NCBI GenBank assembly: GCA_951406725.2
Contig: OX597817.1
Coordinates: 52,204,001-52,268,000, forward strand
Direction of reading: 5' to 3'
Length of the DNA: 64,000 bases
Source of the DNA: Octopus vulgaris
Taxonomy: Eukaryota
Part shown: positions 1 to 11,831 of the stretch, in pieces
Layout: every line of letters begins with the position of its first letter
Position numbering within the stretch: position 1 is the stretch's first letter
Notes under the pieces: model-generated
Seen by the model: the letters and a program-made list of their open reading frames with translations, nothing else
Told to the model about the DNA's origin: nothing
Databases searched by the model: none
Program-made: the position numbers and the translations under genes

Positions 1-296
1 ACTGTAATGTACATCACTATCACCATTCAAAATCCACTTTTCTATGCTCACCTGAGTCAGTTAGAATTTGTCAAAGCCCTTCCTGTCACCAACCCTCATC
101 TGTTTCCAAATAAGGTAATACTTCCCCATAGCTAGACATGTTTTTTTTTTAGGGAAGATAGGAAATGAATAACTTCGCTTGTATAACACTGATGCTCGTT
201 TACAACTATCGTGTGATGTCAGAACAAGGGTATACACATACACACACATGAAGGGGCTCTTTCAGTTTCCATCTACCAAATCCACTCAGAGAGCTT

Positions 297-431
297 TGAT
301 TCCCAACCTGTGGACTACAAAGGAGTACTGGTGATCCGTGAACGTGTTAAGCTGACAGACCCTTCTGGGGTCCATGGGAAAACTCATTTAAATAAAAAGG
401 GTCCTTTGTAGAGAAATGTTGGGAACCACTG
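297..431. mobile_element. Small hAT/Charlie-like MITE inside a SINE B
   Basis: TGATTCCCAAC...GTTGGGAACCACTG termini interrupt an otherwise contiguous SINE B. Confidence 0.55.
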
Positions 432-854
432 AGCTAGAATACGAGACGCATATCCAAGGTGCCACATAGTGGAACTGAACCAAAAACCACATGGTTATGG
501 AACAATCTTAACCATACAGCCACACCAGCACCTATAAGAGAAGAATGTGCTGATATGGACATGTAATCCACATGAAGGTTGACAACAGGGTAAATCCAAG
601 ATTGAAGAAAACGGAAATAAATGGTTAAGAATAATTTCAGGTAACTGGATCTCACAAATGAAATGGCATGAGACTGCTAGAAAAGAGTGGCCTTGCTGAA
701 GATCTGTCCAAGAATAGAAAAACTATATACATACACACACATATATATATATATATGGGGGGGGGGGAGATTCGGTAATATTGCGAATAAAGGGACCTCA
801 CTCTCTATTTGTATCACATCGGAATGAACTATGACTTAATTTTTCCTCTCACAC

Positions 855-908
855 CGTCTCCGATGAAGGGATATTATTAATTAATATCCTAGAAACAGCT
901 GTAATACT
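855..908 (+). ncRNA. Minimal hammerhead-ribozyme-like motif (Penelope type), probably degenerate, within a repeat at ~769-980
   Basis: GTCT-CCGATGA-A-GGGATATTA(TTAAT)TAATATCCT-A-GAAACAGCTGTA-ATAC: variant core C(U>C)GAUGA, 9-bp stem II, GAAA, palindromic ACAGCUGU stem III, GUA cleavage triplet. Confidence 0.6.
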
Positions 909-977
909 TTCTATATATAAATGCTCTAATATCTATACAGCCTTGGGTTTTTTTTTTATCTCATTACGCAAAAATTC

Positions 978-1010
<33 letters not shown>

Positions 1011-1168
1011 TGCCCGAGGGTATAAAAGGAATTGTTATCTAGAAGACCCAAAGAGTGACAGGTAATGCTAAGTAAGTGCTATGGACAGGCCATAGTTAAA
1101 ACTCTTGGTTTGATCATGATTCGAGTGACGAGTTTAATGTGGGTCTTATTATCTGTTTTTGTCTGATG

Positions 1169-1200
<32 letters not shown>

Positions 1201-1698
1201 GTAGTGTGTGTGTCAGTTTTAGTGAAGTTTAAAGGTCAATGATGTCATGTTTACAATTTCATTTTGAAATACTAAATATAACATTAGTGAAGTGGAAAAT
1301 GGAAATGCTGTTGGGTCAAGAGAGGAAAACATAGTAAAGTAAAACAGTGCGTTGATTAACACTCGTTAACCACTCCCAGAACTCTTGACTTGAAATTTTA
1401 AATCAATTCCTCATTTCTTTCAATATACAACTGAAGCACAAGAAGTTTTTATAAATATATACACAAAAAAAAAAAGAAAGTGGCTGATTTAAAACAGGAA
1501 GAATATCAAAAGGGTTTTTTTTTTTTTTTTTTTTTTTTGTTTAACTACGATATGAATGAGATTTAAAACATTGCTAGAGAACTTTTGAAAACGTATTGAA
1601 ATGAACACCAGCTGACAAGTTCTATCTTTTCTCATATCGAATCTCTCTCTCATATCTGTGTGTGTTTTAGGAAAACCGCAAACAGCTTTTCTTTCAAA

Positions 1699-2072
1699 TC
1701 TCTCTATATATAAACGGCAAAATGTCTGTCTGTGTGTGTGTGTGTGTCCTTTATACAAATCCACAATTTTTCAGTTAGAGGGCTCGCACTTTCTATGGTC
1801 ATTCAAAATCAACCAATGGTGGTCGTGCACATCTTTACATTTCCCCAGTCACCCCGCAAAGCCATTAAAAAATCAATAGAAGTGACATTTTTGTGAATTT
1901 TCTGTCCAAAACCCAATCAAAATGCCCGAAACTTGATACGCCAATTGAATGCCAGCTAGCTGTATGTGATTGGTCGGAGATTTGGACAGTACTCACGTGT
2001 ATGTGTGCACACACGCAGTTGTATATGCATGCACTAGCACTATGACCTGGCGTTACTGGGTCATAGTGCTAG
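1699..2072 (+). mobile_element. Non-autonomous Helitron, family H1
   Basis: A|TC 5' end (TCTCTCTATATATAAA), 3' hairpin ACTAGCACTATGACC...GGTCATAGTG ending CTAG|T, no TSD. Inverted copy at 40300-40670. Confidence 0.85.
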
Positions 2073-2705
2073 TATGTTATAGTAAAAACACAACTATGTT
2101 CAAGTTTGATCTTTTACATAACATACATACAAGAACTTTTTGTAGTTCCTTATTAGATACTTATTTGATGGCATAAAGGATGCACAGGCACATTAGATGC
2201 ACCTCAATTTCAGCTGTGCATATTCAGGGGGGAGGGGGGAAACTTTTTAATGCATCAATGCACAACTTTGCGTATAGTACCTAGAGTGAGTTTTTGAGAC
2301 ATATTTGCAGAAGAAAAAAAGTTTGTTATATGTCATCAAATACTGTGGCAACCTGGCAGAATCACAGTAATGTCAAAGAAAATACTTTGTCGTATTGGTT
2401 CCTGTCATTTGCATTTTGTGTTCAAGCCCCACCAGTCAAGAACTGACGCTGAGGGCATTAACTGCTCCTCTCTCAAAGCCACTGACCTTTTACTTAAATT
2501 AGAAACTATGGTTTTAGGACCATACCCTTTCTTAATATATTGGCCTGACATTTTAAGATTAACAATCTTTTACACGGAAATTCAACTTGAACTTGTTAAG
2601 GTAGATTGTATGCAATTGCACATGAGCTGTGTATTAGGTAAATATTCCAGGTGTAAAGCATCTTCCATAGTTCTTGAATTCTTTGAAGGAAACCAAGTTG
2701 TCCAT

Positions 2706-2931
2706 TTAACCCTTTTGTAACCAACCCGGCTGAAACCAGCTCTGGCTCTGTAGTACAAATGTCTTGTTTTCATAAGTTTTGAATTAAAATCTTCCACCAA
2801 ACCTTAGTCACAATTTATGTTCCTAACACTAGCTGAATTATAACCAAGTTATTTTTCTAAATTCTTTCTTATATTTAAAATTAAAAGAAATACAGAGCAT
2901 CTCAAAATTAATACGGTAACAAAAGAGTTAA
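2706..2931 (+). mobile_element. TTAA-flanked (piggyBac-type) MITE, first unit of a dimer
   Basis: TTAA-CCCTTTTGTAACC...GGTAACAAAAGAG-TTAA, ~225 bp. Confidence 0.88.
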
Positions 2932-3399
2932 AATATATAATTGAGAAACAATTCTTAACCCTTTCAATACCAACCTGACTGAATCTGCCTCTGGCTCTGT
3001 AATACAAATGTCTTGTTTTCATAAATTTTGAATTAAAATCTTCCACCAAACCTTAGTCACAATTTATGTTCCTAACGCTAGCTTAATGATAACCAAGTCA
3101 TTTTACTAAATTCTTTGTTATCATCATCATCATCATTTAACGTCCGCTTTCCATGCTAGCATGGGTTGGACGGTTCAACTGGGGTCTGGGGAGCCCGAAA
3201 GCTGCACCAGTCCAGTCAGATCTGGCAGTGTTTCTACAGCTGGATGCCCTTCCTAACGCCAACCACTCCGAGAGTGTAGTGGGTGATTTTATGTGCCACC
3301 GACATAGGTGCCAGACGAGGCTGGCAAACGGCCACGCTCGGATGGTGTTTTTTTATGTGCCACCGACACAGGTGCCAGACGAGGCTGGCAGACGGCCAC

Positions 3400-4722
3400 G
3401 CTCAGATGGTGTTTTTATGTGTGACCGACACAGGTGCCAGATGAGGCTGGCAAACGGCCACGATCGGATGGTGTTTGTTACGTGCCCACAGCACGGAGGC
3501 CAGTCGGTGCGGTACTGGCTACGGCCACGTTCAGATGGTTTTCTTGTGTGCCACGTGCCACCGGCACTGGTACCACAAAGATACAAATTCCATTGATGTT
3601 CATCTATTTTGATTTGTTTTGATTTTTTGATTTTCACTTGCCTCAACAGGTCTTCACAAGTGTCACAAGAAGGAAGGTATGCACAGGTGGACTGACTACG
3701 TCCCAGGTAGGGGCCATGGGTTATGGCCTGACTAGTCTTGCCGGGTCTTCGGATGGTGTTTCTATGTGCCACCGACACAGGTGCCAGATGAGGCTGGCGA
3801 ACGCCCACGATCGGATGGTGTTTGTTACGTGCCCACAGCACGGAGGCCAGTCGGAGCGGTACTGGCTACGGCCACGTTCGGATGGTTTTCTTGTGTGCCA
3901 CCGGCACTGGTACCACAAAGATACAATTCCATTAATGTTCATCTATTTTGATTTGTTTTGATTTGATTTGATTTGATTTGTTTTGATTTCATTTTGATTT
4001 TCACTTGCCTCAACAGGCCTTCACAAGTATCACAAGGAGGAAGGTATGCACAGGTGGACTGACTACGTCCCAGGTAGGGGCCATGGGATATGGCCTGACT
4101 AGTCTTGCCGGGTCTTCGGATGGTGTTTTTATGTGCCACCGACACAGGTGCTAGATGAGGCTGGCGAACGGCCACGATCGGATGGTGTTTGTTATGTGCC
4201 CACAGCACGATGGCCAGTGATGCGGTACTGACTACGGCCACGTTCGGATGGATTCTTGTGTGCCACCGGCACTGGTACCACAAAGATACAATTTCCATTC
4301 ATGTTCATCTATTTTGATTTGTTTTGATTTGATTTTCACTTGCCTCAACAGGTCTTCACAAGTGTCACAAGAAGGAAGGTATGTACAGGTGGACTGACTA
4401 CGTCCCAGGTAGGGGCCACGGGTTATGACCTGACTAGTCTTGCCGGGTCTTCAGATGGTGTTTTTATGTGCCACCATGTTCCCACAGCACGGAGGCCAGT
4501 CGATGCGGTACAGGCTACGGCCACGTTCGGATGGTTTTCTTGTGTGCCACAGGCACTGGTACCACAAAGATACAAATTCCATTGATGTTCATCTATTTTG
4601 ATTGATTTTCACTTGCCTCAGCAGGTCTTCACAAGTGTCACAAGAAGGAAGGTATGCACAGGTGGATCGACTACGTCCCAGGTAGGGGCCACGGGATATG
4701 GCCTGACTAGTCCTGCCGGGTC
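3400..4722. repeat. About 4 tandem copies (~270-370 bp) of the LINE ORF-end/3'UTR unit, with ~60-bp subrepeats
   Basis: The block TTCACTTGCCTCAACAGGTCTTCACAAGTGTCACAAGAAGGAAGGTATG...GACTAGTCTTGCCGGGTC recurs at ~3632, ~4000, ~4335 and ~4608. Confidence 0.95.
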
Positions 4723-6927
4723 CTCTCATGCACAGCACACTTCCATAGGACTCGGTCTCAGTCATTCCCTTGGTGAGACCTAAAGTTCGAAGGTCGTGCT
4801 TCACCACCTCGTCCCAGGTTTTCCTGGGTCTACCTCTTCCACAGGTTCCCTCAACTGCTAGGGTGTAGCACTTTTGCACACAACTATCTTCAGCCATTCT
4901 CGTCACATGACCATACCAGCCGTCTCTCTTGCACACCACAACTGACACTTCTTAGGTTCAACTTTTCTCTCAAAGTACTTACACTCTGACGATTATGAAC
5001 ACTGACATTACACATCCATCGGAGCATACTGGCTTCATTTCTTGCAAGCTTACGCATGTCCTCAGCAGTCACGGCCCATGTTTCACTACCATGTAGCATG
5101 GCTGTACGTACACACGCATCATATAGTCTGCCTTTTACTCTTAGCGAGAGGCCTTTTGTCACCAGCAGGGGTAAGAGCTCTCTAAACTTTGCCCAGGCTA
5201 TTCTTACTCTAGCAGTTACACTTTCAGCACACCCACCCCCGCTACTGACTTGGTCTCCTAGGTAGCGGAAGCTATCAACTACTTCTAGTTTGTCTCCCTG
5301 GAACGTGGTAGAAGTTGGTCTCTGCACATTTCCAGTGTTTATTGCTCCTGAGCATCTGCCACAGACAAAAACTATTTTCTTAGTTAGCCTTCCTTTGACA
5401 TTGCTGCACCTCTTATGTGTCCATAGCTTACACTTGGTGCACCTTATAGAGTTTCTACCTACACCTTTTTTACAGATCGAGCAGGGCCATCTACCTGAAG
5501 TCGTTTGTGATTGGTCCACCTTCCTACTTATTAGGACTTTGGTTTTGGCTAGGTTGATTCTAAGGCCCTTCGATTCTAATCCTTGTTTCCACACCTGAAA
5601 CTTCTCCAGTTCTGATAGTGACTCAGCAATTAGAGCAAGGTCATCAGCATAGAGGAGCTCCCAGGGGCATCCTGTCTTGAGTTCCTCCGTTATTGCCTGG
5701 AGGACTATGATAAATAGGAGGGGACTGAGGACTGAACCTTGGTGGACCCCAACCTCGACCCGGAATTCTTCACTGTACTCGTTGCCAACCCTCACCTTAC
5801 TAGCAGCGTCTCTGTACATGGCTCGCACAGCTCTCACTAACCATTCATCTATCCCTAGTTTCCTCATTGACCACCAGATAAGGGATCGGGGGACGCTGTC
5901 AAAGTCTTTCTCCAAGTCAACAAAAGCCAGATACAAGGGCTTATCTTTGGCTAGGTATTTCTCCTGCAGCTGTCTTACCAGGAATATAGCATCAGTAGTA
6001 CTTTTCCCTGGCACGAACCCAAACTGCATATCATCTAAGCTAACTCTCTCTCTAATTAATTGGGCTATAACCCTCTCCGTAACCTTCATTACCTGATCCA
6101 GCAGCTTGATGCCCCTGTAGTTATTTGTATCTAGGGCGTCGCCTTTACCTTTGTAGCAGTTGACTATTATGCTGCTACACCAGTCATTGGGTATGACTCC
6201 TTTGTGTATCACCTGGTTTACTATACGGGTGACTAAGCTATAGCCGACACTACCAGATATTTTGAGCATCTCTGCAGTAATTCCTGATGGGCCTGGGGCT
6301 TTCCCTGTTTTCATGCTTCTAATTGCCTTATCTACTAAGGAACTGTTAACTCGGATTGCTGGTCCCTCTGTTGGGTCGACATTCGGGAGACTCTCTTTAT
6401 CCCATTCATTTTCCTCATTCAGCAACCTTTCATAGTGGCATCTCCAAGCCTCTCTCTTTGCATCCTCATTTAGCGCAAGTGAACCGTCATCCTTGCGAAC
6501 ACATTTCTCTCCTACCACGTCACGATTCTCTCTCACACACTGTCTTGCAACACGAAATACCTCAAGTCTTTCATCCTCACGGCGCAGGACATTGGCAAAT
6601 TTTTCTTTATCTGCCTCCCCTCTGGCTAGATAGACCTGTCTCCTAGCTTCCCTTCTGGCAGTCTGATACATTTCCCTGCTACCACCGTTCTTCCAGGCCT
6701 TCCAAGCCTGTTTCTTTTGTCTAATAGCCCTGTCAACAATATTGTTCCACCACCACGTTATTTTGGGTCTTAAGGGGACTTTGCACCAGCCACAGATCTG
6801 GTCAGCGGCTTTCAGCAGGTTGTCCCTCAGAAACGTCCAGTTGTCTTCTACCCCATGCGTAGCTATACCCCCTTCCACTTCGTCAAAGGCTTCAAGTAAC
6901 ATATCTCTAAATCTCTGTCCATTCGCA
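4707..6927 (-). pseudogene. RTE reverse transcriptase ORF remnant with internal PHD-like finger
   Basis: 670-aa stop-free ORF (4890-6902) continues in other frames through two frameshifts (~4920 and ~4755) to ...LWKCAVHERTRQD* (stop 4707-4709). YADD at ~5640-5651. Confidence 0.93.
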
Positions 6928-7456
6928 GAAAATTAATTGAAAGAAACACAGAACATCTCAAAATATATACAGAAACGAAAGGGTTAAACAACAGCTGTTA
7001 GACATCTCATCCTTAAATAACTTTGATCACTCTAATTTAAACTACTAAATTATAGTAAATTCAAATATGGTGTTTAGAAAGAGCAGGTTTAGATTCCATT
7101 CAAAGTATTATTACAAGAGAAATACTAGGCCACTTCTTTTGTATTCTGATGAGTATCAAAAGCATTAATGGTAAATGAGTTACGAGTAGTAGTCAGGTTT
7201 AATAACCCAAAGAAACAAAATAAAAGAAAGCCACGCACACAACAATGGTCAGTAAAAAGAGCAGGTTCCAGTCCCCTCCACCACAATTCAAATATTTCTA
7301 ATGTAATATAAGTGTCTAACTATAAAGTTTCTACTGCATTTTAATTGCTACCACTGCTTGCACTGACTACACAGTATTCAGTTCTTGAATGCCAAAACCA
7401 TAGTGACTATTTTCATCTTTTTAACAAGATATCCAATCCTTTAGTTTTTAAAGCCT

Positions 7457-7680
7457 TTAATCCTTTCGTTACCAACCCGGCTGAAACCGGTTCTGGTTCT
7501 GAGTACAAATGTGTTGTTTTCATAAGTTTTAAATTAAATTCTTCCACCAAACCTTAGTCACAATTTATGTTCCTAACACTATCTGAATGATAACTAAGTT
7601 ATTTTACTAAATTCTTTGTTATATTTAAAATCAATTGAAAGAAACACAGAGCATCTAAACAGAAATACAGTAATGAAAGA
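7457..7680 (+). mobile_element. TTAA MITE
   Basis: Same internal sequence; right TIR eroded. Confidence 0.85.
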
Positions 7681-8191
7681 ACAAATTTCCTTTCCCAAAT
7701 ATTGAACTTGTTTAGAAATTCCCATCCGTCCATTTTCTCTTTCTTATTCCTGAGAGAGGAGTTGTGATGAAGTCCTTGGGCACCTCCTCCTTAGGGTTCT
7801 ATCATTAAACTTTCTGGCTAGATTCCCAGGTGAGACTGATTGAGACTATGGATATTACCCAACCGTCTTACTCTTGGCCTGCACTAGGTCTCATGCCAGT
7901 TCACTCAGCTTGCAGAATTTGCCTTGCAATTCATTCCTGTGACATTTTAATCACATGTCCATAGGACTGGAGCAGTGAGCTCTTAATGAGAAATAGCAGC
8001 TAAACTTGGTGGACGTTTCACTCCCCCATTATAACTTGCTTTGTCTTCGGTTAGCCTGTAGCAGAAGCATATTCACTCTTTACATGTAATTCTGCTCAAT
8101 CAGAGCGGATGGATCTAAAAACACCTGTATGTTTAGCTGGCACACTTGACAGAGTCACAAGCATTAACACAGGTATTACCCAGACACTTCA

Positions 8192-8543
8192 CATCATCAT
8201 TTAACGTCCGCTTTCCATGCTGGCATGGGTTGGACGATTGACTGAGGGCTGGCGAACCAAATGGCTGCACCATGCTCCAATCTTGATCTGGTAGTTTCTG
8301 CAGCTGGATGCCCTTCCTAATGCCAACCACTCCGAGAGTGTAGTGATTGCTTTTACATGCCACCAGCACGGGGCCAGTCAGGTGGTACTGGCAATGACCT
8401 CACTCAAATATTTTACACATGCCACCAGCACAGGTGCCAGTAAGGAGATGCTGGTAACGATCATGCTCGAATGGTGTCTTTTACGTGCCACCGGCATGGA
8501 GGCCAGACAGCCACTCTGGCAATAATCATGCTCGGATGGTATT
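8192..8543 (-). mobile_element. 3'-end fragment of the RTE LINE family (related subfamily)
   Basis: (CAT)n-TTAACGTCCGCTTTCCATGCTGGCATGGGTTGGACG...CAGCTGGATGCCCTTCCTAATGCCAACCACTCCGAGAGTG, matching 3120-3290. Confidence 0.9.
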
Positions 8544-8742
8544 TATCCAGTAGACCTAACAAATGCAAAGGACAAAAGCGATCAATACAACAAATGCTTT
8601 GTTAGTTTGATGTGTATAAAAATTCAAGCCTCAAAACTAAATGTCATACTGCATTCCTATTTCATCATCACTTACTAAAACAGCAAACTGAAATTGATGC
8701 TTAACAACTGCAAGTGTTGCTGTATTATTATTATTTTCATTA

Positions 8743-8974
8743 AGACGGTGAGCTGGCAGAAATGTTAGCACATCGGACAAGATGCTTAGCGGTATTTTGT
8801 CTGCCGTTACGTTCTGAGTTCAAATTCCACCGAGGTCGACTTTGCCTTTCATCCTTTTGAGGCCGATAAATTAAGTACCAGTAACACACTGGGGTCAACG
8901 TAATTGACTCAATACCTTTGTCTGTCCTTGTTTGTCTCCCCTATGTTTAGCCCCTTGTGGGTAATAAAGAAATA
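8743..8974 (+). mobile_element. tRNA-derived SINE family A
   Basis: GGTGAGCTGGCAGAAATGTTAGC (A box), GAGTTCAAATTCC (B box), GACTTTGCCTTTCATCC core, AATAAAGAAATA tail, TSD TATTATTATTATTTTCATT. Confidence 0.9.
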
Positions 8975-9383
8975 ATTATTATTATTATTTTCATTGCTTT
9001 AACATAAAACTGCTATCCAGTTATTAATCACAAATGTAAATAATATACGTATCCAACTGATCAAACTGGTGGGCTTTTTTTTTGATGATGGAAATTGTAA
9101 TATATTCGTAATTTAATTCATGGGATTATTTCTGTCCATAAAACATTCAAATGAAGTAAGCAAGCCATTTTTCTATTTTGGACATTGGTGTATATAATAT
9201 AATAATCTACTATGATAATACTCATATTTTTCTCCGTGACAACATATGAGGAAAGGAAGGGGTGATGGAAGTTCTACGGGGGGGGGGGGGGTTGATCAAA
9301 CACCATTTCAATTCTGTGTGTGTATGTGTGTACAGGGGAAGTATGTGAATGTATCTGTGATTACTATGTACCTTATTTATATA

Positions 9384-9772
9384 TCTCTCTATATATATAT
9401 AAAGCTGAAGTTGTGTGTATGGCAGGTTTGGTAGCCTTCAACTAATACTATCCAAGACCCTGCGGTGCAAGTTGACCAAAATTGAGAGTATGCTAGAAGA
9501 AGGCTTGCTCTTCCTTCCGTAGAAGAAAAAATTCAAATTGGACCATGTTAATACCAAAAATTATTACATCAAAAAGGTGCTTTTTTTCTATGAAAATCCC
9601 TATTTTTTACGATTTTTTTACTGCTGTGTCACCATTTTTCGGTGTATTTCAACCAGAAAAATGTTCACTTAAAGAGAATAACAAGCTACATAATACAAAA
9701 TTTTTACTTTTCAAAAAATTCCAATTCTAGAGGGTCGAAACAAACCTGAGCAATGCCGGGCGATACTGCTAG
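9384..9772 (+). mobile_element. Non-autonomous Helitron, family H2
   Basis: A|TCTCTCTATATATATATAAAGCTGAAG..., imperfect 3' hairpin CCTGAGCAATGCCGGG, then CTAG|T. Confidence 0.85.
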
Positions 9773-10619
9773 TAAACACTACAATTAGCCGTCATTTTTA
9801 TGGCACAGGGCCAGCTAGTTATAATATAAAGAGATGTAGGTGTGGCATCTTGGGTTGACCAAAGCTTTGTGAGTGAGTGAATTTGGTAAATGGAAACTGA
9901 AAGAAGCCTATTGTGTGTGTTTCCAACCACCACTTGACAACTGGTGTTGGTGTGTTTACATCCCTGTAACCTAGCAGTATGGCAAAAAAAAAAAAGTGAC
10001 TGATAGAATAAAAACCAGGCTTTAAATAAAGAAAAAGTCCGAGGTGGGGGCAGCAATTCTTTCAACTAAAATTCTTCATGGTAGCGCCCCATCATGGCCA
10101 GTCTAATGACTGAAATAAGTAAAGGACAAAAGAATACTTGTATGTGTGTTTAATACACACACACACATATATATATAAACACAAATATATACACACACGC
10201 ATATATGTAAACACAAATATGTTAACACAAATATACACACACACACACAGAGTTTAACCTGTTCCTATTGCATGTAACTAATTACCTTGTAGAGATAAAA
10301 ATAACATTGAAAATAAAAATTTTAAAATAGCAATTAATTGGAGATAAAAGAATTTTCAGGCCTTCTGTAATATAATTTGGTAACAGTCACCAAATAGGTG
10401 ATACATAGATTGTGCTTCAGCAGGAAGCTTGTTTAAATGGTTACTATCATGTGTGCGTGTGTAAGAGTGAGAATGGAGGGGGAAGTGCCCTTCTGTTTAT
10501 TTTGTGGTACAATAAAGTGCTCAATAAAACTTTGTGTTACAAGTGAATATTAATGTTTACAGACAAGAGAAAGCCGCACAAATATATTGTTTGGAAATGC
10601 AACAGACACATATTCACTC

Positions 10620-11022
10620 GCACAACTGGCACTCGAGCCCCGTGCTAATAGGGTGCCAAGAGCACTATCCGAGCGTGATCGTTGCCAGAGCGGCTATCTG
10701 GCCTCTGTGCCGGTGACATGTAAAAGACACCATTTGAGCATGATCATTACCAGCATCGCCTTACTGCCACCTGTGCCGGTGGTATGTGTAAAAGATTTGA
10801 GTGAGGTCTTTGCCAGTACCACCTGACTGGTCCCGTGCCAGTGGCACGTAAAAGCACCCACTACACCCTCGGAGTGGTTGGCGTTAGGAAGAGCATCCAG
10901 CTGTAGAAACTCTGCCAAATCAAGATTGGAGCCCGGTGCAGCCATCTGGTTCGCCAGCCCTCAATTAAATCGTCCAACCCATGCTAGCATGGAAAGCGGA
11001 CATTAAACGATGATGATGATGA
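10620..11022 (+). mobile_element. 3'-end fragment of the RTE LINE family, plus orientation
   Basis: Reverse complement of the 8192 and 37507 copies, ending GGAAAGCGGACATTAAACGATGATGATGATGA. Confidence 0.9.
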
Positions 11023-11475
11023 CACTCACGGTTGTGTGGTTAAGAAGTTTGCAAACATCCCAACCATATGGTTCCAGGTTGAGCAAGTGTATTCTACTGT
11101 AGCCCTGGGCCACTCTAAGCACTTGTGATTGGATTTGGTAAATGGAAACTCAAAGAAGCCCGTGATATAGATATATGTATACATGTGTGTGTACTCATTT
11201 TGACCGAATGTGATGTTTGTAAATGAGCATCGCTGTAAACACAACACTACTGTACATTCCCAGTTTTTTTTCCATGAGAAACATGTCTGACCATGAAGAA
11301 ATATTACCTTGCTTGGAAACAAGAAGGGCATCATCAGGCTGTAGAAAATCTGCCTCAGTAAACTGCATCTAATCCATGCAAACATGGAAAAGTGAACATT
11401 AAAACGATGATGATGATACACAACATACTCACACGAAGTTACAATTGAAAGACCACACACTTCATAGATTATATA

Positions 11476-11831
11476 TCTATGTATATAAAGCTGAAGTTGT
11501 CTGTGTATGGCAGGTTTGGTAGCCTTCAACTAACACTATCTCCTCCGAGACCCTGCCGCGCAAGTTGACTAAAATTGAGAGTATGATAGAAGGCTTGCTC
11601 TTCATTCCGTAGAAGAAAAAAATTCAAATTGGACCATTTTAACACCAAAAAGGTGCTTTTTTTTCTATGAAAATCCCTATTTTTTATGATTTTTTGACTG
11701 CTGTGTCGCCATTTTTTGGTGTATTTCAACCAGAAAAATGTTCACTTAAAGAGAATAACAAGCTACATAATGCAAAATTTTTACTTTTCAAAAATTCCAA
11801 TTCTAAAGGGTCGAAACAAACCCGAGCAACG
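11476..11831 (+). mobile_element. Helitron H2, 3' end replaced by a LINE tail
   Basis: H2 body up to AAACCCGAGCAAC, then GGACGTTAAACGATGATGAT. Confidence 0.8.

Larger units (their letters stand above)
3120..6927 (-). mobile_element. 5'-truncated RTE-clade LINE retrotransposon (RT region, 3'UTR, (TGA)n tail)
   Basis: RT motifs KAPGPSGI, YKGKGD...NYRGIKL, QFGFVPGKSTTDAIF, GVHQGSVLSPLLF, LLYADD, FRYLG, MLHGSETW, WYGHV, GRGRPRKTW. Tail (CAT)n at 3120-3136 on plus. No endonuclease domain. Splits a TTAA MITE. Confidence 0.97.
2955..6987 (+). mobile_element. TTAA MITE split by the RTE LINE (halves 2955-3119 and 6928-6987)
   Basis: Left half ends ...AAATTCTTTGTT. Right half resumes AAAATTAATTGAAAGAAACACAG...AAAGGGTTAA, contiguous in intact copies such as 43197-43426. 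Confidence 0.9.

Noticed and set aside
1489-1655. DMRERFDMRKDR as the YTHDF terminal exon
   Set aside because: The nearby acceptor gives this frame only in phase 1, while the upstream donor is phase 0 (it would read I*). It cannot be supported without an extra exon.
3280-3560. Regularly spaced ~30-bp repeats resembling a CRISPR array
   Set aside because: The intervening sequences are themselves repeats, there are no cas genes, the context is eukaryotic, and the region is the LINE 3'UTR.
5056-6936. Plus-strand ORFs of 64-139 aa over the LINE
   Set aside because: Antisense shadows of the RT ORF with no recognisable motifs.
7146-7165. Other CTGATGA hammerhead cores (also ~1163, 32442, 35381)
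   Set aside because: None is followed by a stem II-GAAA-stem III arrangement.
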